From Gammaproteobacteria bacterium (lineage in GTDB: Bacteria; Pseudomonadota; Gammaproteobacteria; Acidiferrobacterales; UBA6901): 53,071 nucleotides of DNA. Below, piece by piece: positions 46,899-53,071 of the stretch (its first letter is position 1; every line of letters starts with the position of its first letter). The translations under genes were made by a program, and so were the position numbers. Under the pieces are notes generated by a model that was not told where the DNA came from, did no database searches, and worked only from the letters and a program-made list of their open reading frames with translations. The stretch lies in contig JACREH010000116.1 of NCBI GenBank assembly GCA_016218345.1, forward strand, positions 1-53,071, in the 5' to 3' direction.

Positions 46899-47798
46899 AT
46901 GTCCGCCGGCGAACGCAGCGGTTTCGTGGCCCTGATCGGCCGGCCGAACGTCGGCAAGTCCACGCTGCTCAATCGCCTGGTCGGTCAAAAACTCAGTATC
47001 ACCTCGCGCCGCCCGCAAACCACGCGCCATCGCATTCTCGGCATCAAAACCACCGACGCCGGCCAGACGATCTACGTCGATACCCCGGGCATTCACGACG
47101 GTCGTGCCACGCTCATGAACCGCGCCCTCAACCGCGCCGCGCGCGCCAGCCTCGCCGGGGTCGATTGCGTCGTGCTGGTGATCGCCGCGCCGCGCTGGAC
47201 CGACGACGACGAGCGGGTGCTGGCAATCCTCAAGGATTTCACTTGCCCCGTCATTCTGGCGATCAACAAGATCGACAAACTGAAAGACCGCGAGCGGCTG
47301 CTGACGCTGATCGATGCGTTGCGCGCGAAACGGAATTTTGCCGCGATCGTGCCGCTCGCGGCGCGCAGCGGACGGAATGTCGCCGATCTGGAGGCCGGCA
47401 TCGCGCGACATCTGCCGGCGCACCCGGCGTATTTTCCCGCCGATCAAGTCAGCGACCGCGGCGAGCGGTTTCAGGCCGCGGAATTGGTGCGCGAGCAGAT
47501 CTTTCGCGGTTTCGGCGAGGAGCTGCCCTATGCCACGGCGGTCGAGATCGAACAATTCAAGCGCGAACCCAAACTGATCCGCATCGACGCCGTCATCTGG
47601 GTCGAGAAGCCCGGCCAGAAGGCGATCGTCATCGGCAAGGGCGGGGAGCGGCTGAAGGAGGTCGGACGGCACGCGCGCCTGGAGATGCAGAAACTGTTCG
47701 GCTCGAAGGTTTACCTGGCGCTGTGGGTCAAGGTGCGCGCCGGCTGGTCGGACGACGCGCGCGCCTTGCGCAGCCTGGGTTATACTGACGAACACTAA
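46899..47798 (+). CDS. era: GTPase Era
   Basis: GRPNVGKST, QTTR, DTPG, NKID, VIGKGG KH motif. Confidence 0.97.
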   Translation: MSAGERSGFVALIGRPNVGKSTLLNRLVGQKLSITSRRPQTTRHRILGIKTTDAGQTIYVDTPGIHDGRATLMNRALNRAARASLAGVDCVVLVIAAPRWTDDDERVLAILKDFTCPVILAINKIDKLKDRERLLTLIDALRAKRNFAAIVPLAARSGRNVADLEAGIARHLPAHPAYFPADQVSDRGERFQAAELVREQIFRGFGEELPYATAVEIEQFKREPKLIRIDAVIWVEKPGQKAIVIGKGGERLKEVGRHARLEMQKLFGSKVYLALWVKVRAGWSDDARALRSLGYTDEH

Positions 47799-47828
47799 AC
47801 TTTGATCGGACGAATGTAGCACGGCTTC

Positions 47829-48560
47829 ATGCGCGTCTTTCAACAACCGGCATTTGTACTGCACACCAGCGACTATCGCGAGACCAGCCTGCTGGTCGAG
47901 GCCTATAGCCGCAACCACGGGCGCATCGGCCTGATCGCCAAGGGCGCGCGCCGCCCCAAGACCGGCCTGCGCGCGGTGCTCAACCCGTTCCAGCCGCTGT
48001 TGCTGAGCTGGAGCGGCAAGAGCGATCTGGCGACGCTCACCGCCGCCGAGCCCGATCGATCGGCGCCGATCCTGAGCGGCGAGGCGCTGTACTGCGGGTT
48101 TTACCTGAACGAGTTGCTGATGCGGCTGCTGCATCGCCACGATCCGCACGAGCGGCTATTCGACGCCTATCGGGACGCGCTCGGGCGGTTGCAAACCGGC
48201 GACGAGCAGGACGTGGCGCTGCGCATCTTCGAAAAGCATTTGTTGCAGGAGTTGGGTTACGGGCTAGTGCTGGATCACGAGGTCGGCGCAACGACCCCGA
48301 TCGCGCCGGATCGGATCTATGAATATCTCCCGGAACGTGGCCCGGTGCCGGCCGCCGCCGGCCCGGCCGACGGCGTGAGAATCCATGGCCGCAGTCTGCT
48401 GGCGCTCGCGGACGAGCGGTTCAGCGACGCCCAGGAACTGCGCGAGGCCAAACGGCTGATGCGCTGCATGCTGGCACAACACCTGGGCGAACGGCCGATA
48501 TACAGCCGTGAATTGTTCCAGCGTCTGAAAATCCCGGCGCCGCTCGACAAGGCGGGGTAG
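47829..48560 (+). CDS. recO: DNA repair protein RecO
   Basis: [29 protein letters not shown]. Confidence 0.95.
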   Translation: MRVFQQPAFVLHTSDYRETSLLVEAYSRNHGRIGLIAKGARRPKTGLRAVLNPFQPLLLSWSGKSDLATLTAAEPDRSAPILSGEALYCGFYLNELLMRLLHRHDPHERLFDAYRDALGRLQTGDEQDVALRIFEKHLLQELGYGLVLDHEVGATTPIAPDRIYEYLPERGPVPAAAGPADGVRIHGRSLLALADERFSDAQELREAKRLMRCMLAQHLGERPIYSRELFQRLKIPAPLDKAG

Positions 48561-48564
48561 GGCG

Positions 48565-49287
48565 ATGATCAGGCTCGGCGTCAACATCGACCACGTCGCC
48601 ACCCTGCGGCAGGCGCGCCGCACGCGCTATCCTGACCCGGTACAGGCGGCACTGGCCGCCGAGCAGGCCGGTGCCGATGCCATCACCCTGCATCTGCGCG
48701 AGGACCGCCGCCACGTCCAGGAGCAGGACGTCGAGACCCTAAGAAAGCTGCTGCAGACGCGCATGAATCTGGAGATGGCGGTGACCGACGCCATGGTCGA
48801 GTTCGCGGTGCGCATACGGCCGGAGGATTGCTGCCTGGTTCCGGAGCGGCGCGAGGAGCTCACCACCGAGGGCGGACTGGACGTGGTCGCGCATCAGGCG
48901 ACGATCACCGCCGCCTGCCGCCGTCTGGCCGCGGCCGGCGTGCGGGTCTCGTTGTTCATCGACGCCGAGCCGGCGCAGGTCGAGGCCGCGGCCGCGGCCG
49001 GTGCGCCGCTGATCGAGTTGCATACCGGCCCGTATGCCGACGCCGCGGATCCGGTGGCGGAACTGGCGCGTATCGAACTGGCCGTACAGGCGGCGCGCGA
49101 ACTGGGTCTGCGCGTCAACGCCGGTCACGGCCTCAATTATCACAACGTTCAAGCGGTCGCCGCCATCCCCGGGATCGACGAACTCAACATCGGCCATGCC
49201 ATCGTCGCACGCGCGGTGTTCAGCGGAATCGCCGAGGCGGTGCGTGAGATGAAGCGTTTGATGACCGCGGCCCGGACGGCGCCATGA
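48565..49287 (+). CDS. pdxJ: Pyridoxine 5'-phosphate synthase
   Basis: [34 protein letters not shown]. Confidence 0.97.
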   Translation: MIRLGVNIDHVATLRQARRTRYPDPVQAALAAEQAGADAITLHLREDRRHVQEQDVETLRKLLQTRMNLEMAVTDAMVEFAVRIRPEDCCLVPERREELTTEGGLDVVAHQATITAACRRLAAAGVRVSLFIDAEPAQVEAAAAAGAPLIELHTGPYADAADPVAELARIELAVQAARELGLRVNAGHGLNYHNVQAVAAIPGIDELNIGHAIVARAVFSGIAEAVREMKRLMTAARTAP

Positions 49288-49664
49288 TCTACGGAATCGG
49301 CACCGACATCGTGCGTGTGGCGCGCATGCAGAAGAATATCGACGAATACGGCGACAAATTCGCCGAGCGCATCCTGACGCCCGACGAACTTCAGGACTAT
49401 TGGAAAGAGACCCGCAAGGCGCATTTTCTGGCCAAGCGGTTCGCCGCCAAGGAGGCCGCCGCCAAGGCCATGGGCATAGGGTTCAGCGACGGGCTGATGC
49501 TGCGCCACATCGGCGTCAGTCACGACGCCGCCGGCAAACCGCAGCTGGAATTCACCGATCACGCCGCAGAATTCATCGTCAAACACGGAATCAAGACCGC
49601 GTACGTGAGCCTGGCCGACGAACAGGATCACGCGGTAGCGTTCGTGACGCTGACGGTCGCCTAG
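49284..49664 (+). CDS. acpS: Holo-ACP synthase
   Basis: [21 protein letters not shown]. Confidence 0.96.
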   Translation: MIYGIGTDIVRVARMQKNIDEYGDKFAERILTPDELQDYWKETRKAHFLAKRFAAKEAAAKAMGIGFSDGLMLRHIGVSHDAAGKPQLEFTDHAAEFIVKHGIKTAYVSLADEQDHAVAFVTLTVA

Positions 49665-49668
49665 GCGG

Positions 49669-49953
49669 TTATTTCTTGCTACCGGCCGGGCGATACCCGG
49701 CCGGTAGCTGACCCTGCTCGCCCTCGCCGAACAGAAAACCGAGCATGTGCTGCTCGATGATCGCCAGGCTGGCCGGATCGGCGGTGCTGAGACTGTTCTC
49801 GTTGATGATCAGCGCCAGGCGTTGCAGCCACAGCTTCCAGCCTTCCTGCGAGACGTTCTCGAGAATCCGTTGACCCAACGCCCCGGGGTGCGGCGGGCGG
49901 TCGAAGCCTTCGGCTTCGCGTTTTAATACCACGCAATAAACGATTCGTGCCAT
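49669..49953 (-). CDS. YggX-family Fe(II)-trafficking/oxidative damage protection protein (divergent)
   Basis: V.C..LKREAEG...PP.PG.LG.RI.ENVS.E.W..W, INE. Confidence 0.88.
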   Translation of the reverse strand: MARIVYCVVLKREAEGFDRPPHPGALGQRILENVSQEGWKLWLQRLALIINENSLSTADPASLAIIEQHMLGFLFGEGEQGQLPAGYRPAGSKK

Positions 49954-50122
49954 GTAGTTCGCCCGCAATAAAATGAATTTCGCCGGCGATTATACCGCCG
50001 CTGGCCGTTATCGCAGGCCATTGGCGCAAAAAAATTGGGTGATTCACGGTCGGCGGTTTCTTGAAACGCGGCAAGTTGGTACCATCAGTATCCAATTAGA
50101 TCTTTGTATGAGGACAAATGTC

Positions 50123-50512
50123 ATGTCGGCAATACCAGCGGTCGAATATTCCACCCGCATCCATGAATCCGAGATGCGCCTCACCCCGACGGCCCAAGCC
50201 AAGATCGCCGAACTGCTGGCGGAGGCCGAGGACGACGTCGCCGGTATCCGCGTGTTCGTGTCTGGCGGCGGATGCGGTGGCATGACCTACGGCATGACCT
50301 ACGCCGACCGCGCCGCGGACGATTACGACGGTGTCATCGAGGGCCCGGGTTTCCGGGTTTTTGTCGATCCGGTGGCGCTCAATTATCTGCAAGGCTGCGA
50401 GATCGATTTCCGCGTCGACGGCCCGTCTCCCAGCTTCGTGTTTAACAAGGTATTCCAGGCGGTCGGCGGCAGCGGACGCTGCGGTGGTTGTGGTGGCGGT
50501 TGCGGCGCCTGA
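50123..50512 (+). CDS. HesB/IscA-like protein with atypical C-terminal Cys motif
   Basis: LTPTA, IRVFVSGGGCGGMTY, L.G.EIDF; ends RCGGCGGGCGA. Confidence 0.85.
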   Translation: MSAIPAVEYSTRIHESEMRLTPTAQAKIAELLAEAEDDVAGIRVFVSGGGCGGMTYGMTYADRAADDYDGVIEGPGFRVFVDPVALNYLQGCEIDFRVDGPSPSFVFNKVFQAVGGSGRCGGCGGGCGA

Positions 50513-51788
50513 CCGCATAGTCCGATCCGCACCGGATGCGGCGGGACGCCGCATCCTGTTAATCGCTCCGCACGGCAGTTACCGGACCGCGCCGTTCCTG
50601 GCGGCCGCCGCCAGGAACGGCATCGAACTGTTGATCGCGTCCGAGGCGAGACATTCCCTGGTCGGCGCCTACGCCCGGGGGCTGCATGTCGATCTCGCCG
50701 ACCCCGCGGTCTCCCTGCAAACCATTCTGCGCGAGGCGCAACAGCGGCCGTTCGCGGCCGTGCTCGGCAGCGACGATGCCGGCACCGAACTCGCCGCGCT
50801 CGCGGCGGACGCCTTGGGATTGCCCCACAATCCCGTGGCCGCCGTGCGGCTGGCGCGCCGCAAGGACCTGGCGCGCGCCCGGCTCGCCAGGGTCGGCGTG
50901 CCGGTGCCGCGCCACTGGCTTCTCGATGTCACCCGCCCGCTGGCGGCGCAGACCGAGGACATCCGTTTCCCGTGCGTGCTCAAGCCGCTGGCGCTGTCGG
51001 CCAGCCGCGGGGTGATACGCGCCGATAACCGCGCCCAGCTGCTGGCCGCGGCGGCGCGCATTCAGGTGTTGCTGGCGAACGCCGGGTTGGCCGAACCGCA
51101 TGAGCGCGAAACGATCCTGGTCGAGGAATTCATTCCCGGCACGGAGGTCGCGGTCGAAGGGTTGTTGACGCGCGGCCGACTGGATATTCTCGCAGTCTTC
51201 GACAAGCCAGACCCGCTCGACGGTCCGTATTTCGAGGAGACCTATTACATCACGCCGTCGCGCCTGAATGCGGACACGCTGCAGGCGTTGTGCGATGTCG
51301 TATCCGCGGCGTGTGCGGCCTACGGACTGCGTCATGGGCCGATTCACGCCGAGTGCCGGATCAATCCTCAGGGTGTCTGGATAGTGGAAGTGGCCGCGCG
51401 CACCATCGGCGGCTCGTGCGGACGATTGCTGCGTTTCGGCGCCGGTCTTGGATTGGAGGAATTGGTGCTCTTGCACGCCCTCGGCGGACGTCTTGAGTTA
51501 CGAACCGGGACCGGCGGCGCCGGCGTGCTGATGATCCCCATTCCGCAGGCCGGCATCCTGCGGCGGGTCGAGGGGGTGTTGGCCGCACAGCAGGTACGGT
51601 ATGTCGAGGAGGTGATCGTCGACGTGCGCGAGGGCCACGAATTGGTGCCGCTGCCGGAAGGCGCCAGCTATCTCGGATTTATTTTTGCGCGCGCACCGAG
51701 CGCCGCACAGGCCGAGGCGGCGTTGCGCGCCGCCTACGCCCGCCTGCGCGTGGTGGTGACGCCGCTGTGGAAGGCGGTCGCCGGATAG
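50493..51788 (+). CDS. ATP-grasp (L-amino-acid-ligase-like) enzyme; start uncertain
   Basis: K...R..L...GVPVP, FPCVLKP...SASRGV, VEEFIPG.E..VE, HAE.R, EVAAR. Confidence 0.85.
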   Translation: MAVAAPDRIVRSAPDAAGRRILLIAPHGSYRTAPFLAAAARNGIELLIASEARHSLVGAYARGLHVDLADPAVSLQTILREAQQRPFAAVLGSDDAGTELAALAADALGLPHNPVAAVRLARRKDLARARLARVGVPVPRHWLLDVTRPLAAQTEDIRFPCVLKPLALSASRGVIRADNRAQLLAAAARIQVLLANAGLAEPHERETILVEEFIPGTEVAVEGLLTRGRLDILAVFDKPDPLDGPYFEETYYITPSRLNADTLQALCDVVSAACAAYGLRHGPIHAECRINPQGVWIVEVAARTIGGSCGRLLRFGAGLGLEELVLLHALGGRLELRTGTGGAGVLMIPIPQAGILRRVEGVLAAQQVRYVEEVIVDVREGHELVPLPEGASYLGFIFARAPSAAQAEAALRAAYARLRVVVTPLWKAVAG

Positions 51789-51920
51789 GCCGCCCCGACG
51801 TCGCGTTTTTCTGGGGTACCGCCGGGGATTTTGACTTATATCAACAAAACCGGGTGCAGGCCGGGTAGAATTCAGCTTAGAAAACAACGCAATGGTCGTC
51901 CCATGCAAAGGAGCAAGATC

Positions 51921-52238
51921 ATGAATGCCGCAAGCCAAACCGAAGTCGCCAAAGAAAGATTGATCAAGGATTTCAAGAACGTCGTTGCCGACACCGAGGA
52001 CTTGCTCAGGGCCACCGCCAGTCAAACCGGCGAGAAGGTGGCAAATGTCCGCGCCCGGGTCGAAGAGGGCCTGGCGGTGACCAAGAAGCAGTTGGCCGAC
52101 TTGGAGGAAGGGTTGGTCGAAAAATCCAAGGCCGCGGCGCGCGCAACCGATGAGTTGGTGCAGGAGCACCCGTGGAAGGCGGTCGGTGTCGCCGCCGCCG
52201 TCGGTTTTCTGCTCGGCATGTTGACCAGTCGCCGCTGA
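51921..52238 (+). CDS. DUF883 / ElaB-YqjD family protein
   Basis: D.EDLL..TA, V.EHPWKAVGVAAAVGFLLG.L..RR; AGGAG RBS. Confidence 0.93.
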   Translation: MNAASQTEVAKERLIKDFKNVVADTEDLLRATASQTGEKVANVRARVEEGLAVTKKQLADLEEGLVEKSKAAARATDELVQEHPWKAVGVAAAVGFLLGMLTSRR

Positions 52239-52241
52239 CGC

Positions 52242-52625
52242 ATGAGCGATAGCGAAAGCGGCGCCACCGGCCTGTTGGCGTCGTTACAGCGGTTGCTGGC
52301 GACCCTGCTCGAGATACTGCAAACGCGGGTGGAGATCGTCGCCACCGAGTTTGAGGAAGAGCGCGAACGTATCCGCGAGTTGGTGATCTTCAGCTTTCTG
52401 GCGCTGTTCTTCGTCAGTCTCGGGCTGGTGCTGTTGACGCTGTTCGTCGTGATGCTTTTCTGGGAAACCCATCGGCTGTATGTGTTAGGCGGTTTCACGC
52501 TGCTGTACCTGACGCTGGGCATGGTCGCCGCCGGCGTGCTTCGCCAGCGACTCAAGGGGCGGCCGCGGTTGTTCGCCACGACCGTGGCGGAGCTTGCCAA
52601 AGACCGCGAACGACTGAACCCGTGA
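52242..52625 (+). CDS. YqjE-like (holin superfamily III) membrane protein
   Basis: TRVE....E..EE, two TM helices, F..T..EL.KDR. Confidence 0.88.
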   Translation: MSDSESGATGLLASLQRLLATLLEILQTRVEIVATEFEEERERIRELVIFSFLALFFVSLGLVLLTLFVVMLFWETHRLYVLGGFTLLYLTLGMVAAGVLRQRLKGRPRLFATTVAELAKDRERLNP

Positions 52626-52930
52626 CCGCCATGAACGCGCGATTGACAGCCATTGCCAGACGTCGGTCACAGCTGCTTGCGCGTACCGCGGCACAGCGCG
52701 ACGAGGTCGGTCAACTGGTCGGTCGCTGGCATATGCCGTTGGCCTATGTGGACCGGGTGGTGACGCTGGCACGCAGCCTTCGTGCGCATCCGCTTGTCCT
52801 GGCGCTCGGCTTGGCGGTACTCGCGCGCACGCTGCCGGGTGGCCGGCTTACGCTCTGGAGCGGGCGCCTCTGGAGCGGTTGGCGGTTATATCAGTCGCTC
52901 CATGAACAATGGACGAAAGACCACGCTTAA
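52622..52930 (+). CDS. YqjK-like protein
   Basis: RR..L......QR pattern, third gene of a yqjDEK-like trio; GTGA overlap. Confidence 0.75.
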   Translation: MTAMNARLTAIARRRSQLLARTAAQRDEVGQLVGRWHMPLAYVDRVVTLARSLRAHPLVLALGLAVLARTLPGGRLTLWSGRLWSGWRLYQSLHEQWTKDHA

Positions 52931-53071
52931 GGAAGGTCTGAACAAGTCCATCCCTGGCTTGTTCAGACACGCAAAACGAAAAACGTGGTTTTCGTTTTGC
53001 TTCATTTTTCAAACACAGTGCGTGTTTGAAAAATGCCCGGCCCTCCTGGCCGGACGGGAACCTCTGACTTA
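52931..53071. repeat. Four-hairpin non-coding element (MITE/REP-like), possibly truncated by the window end
   Basis: Perfect stems of 11, 12, 14 and 6 bp in tandem at 52936-52968, 52971-53000, 53003-53035 and 53037-53053. Confidence 0.75.

Overview
GC-rich (~65% by eye) gammaproteobacterial core-genome region. Gene content suggests a sulfur oxidiser of the Acidiferrobacterales/Sulfuricaulis type (inference). Housekeeping blocks: lolA-rarA-crcB-DUF190-serS, yccA/tRNA-Ser(UGA), prfB (with +1 frameshift)-lysS, miaA-hfq-hflXKC-hisZ-purA-ygfZ, accA-tilS-pyrG-kdsA-eno-ftsB, sdhCDAB-sdhE-ygfX, nadB/rpoE-rseAB-degP-lepAB-rnc-era-recO-pdxJ-acpS, and yqjDEK-like genes. Accessory redox/sulfur modules are interspersed: (1) rhodanese, thioredoxin, BNR propeller, Nox-like FRD/FNR, a 30-aa peptide and a tetraheme c3; (2) a diheme cytochrome c-DUF302 fusion plus a DUF302; (3) an enlarged YeiH, a 41-aa peptide and a Usp; (4) variant YggX/HesB with an ATP-grasp. 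The most unusual signals are non-coding or sub-genic. At least five distinct palindromic repeat families occur: a covarying double-hairpin 'GGA-loop' motif in 3 copies, one of which splits a tRNA-Ser 3'-end mimic; CAGATGAAC and CGCAAAG hairpins next to core genes; 26-bp inverted repeats bracketing a frameshifted GIY-YIG nuclease; a GTAG REP; and a four-hairpin element. There is also a sharply AT-rich, loop-expanded patch inside serS. No CRISPR array, integrase or transposase was seen.
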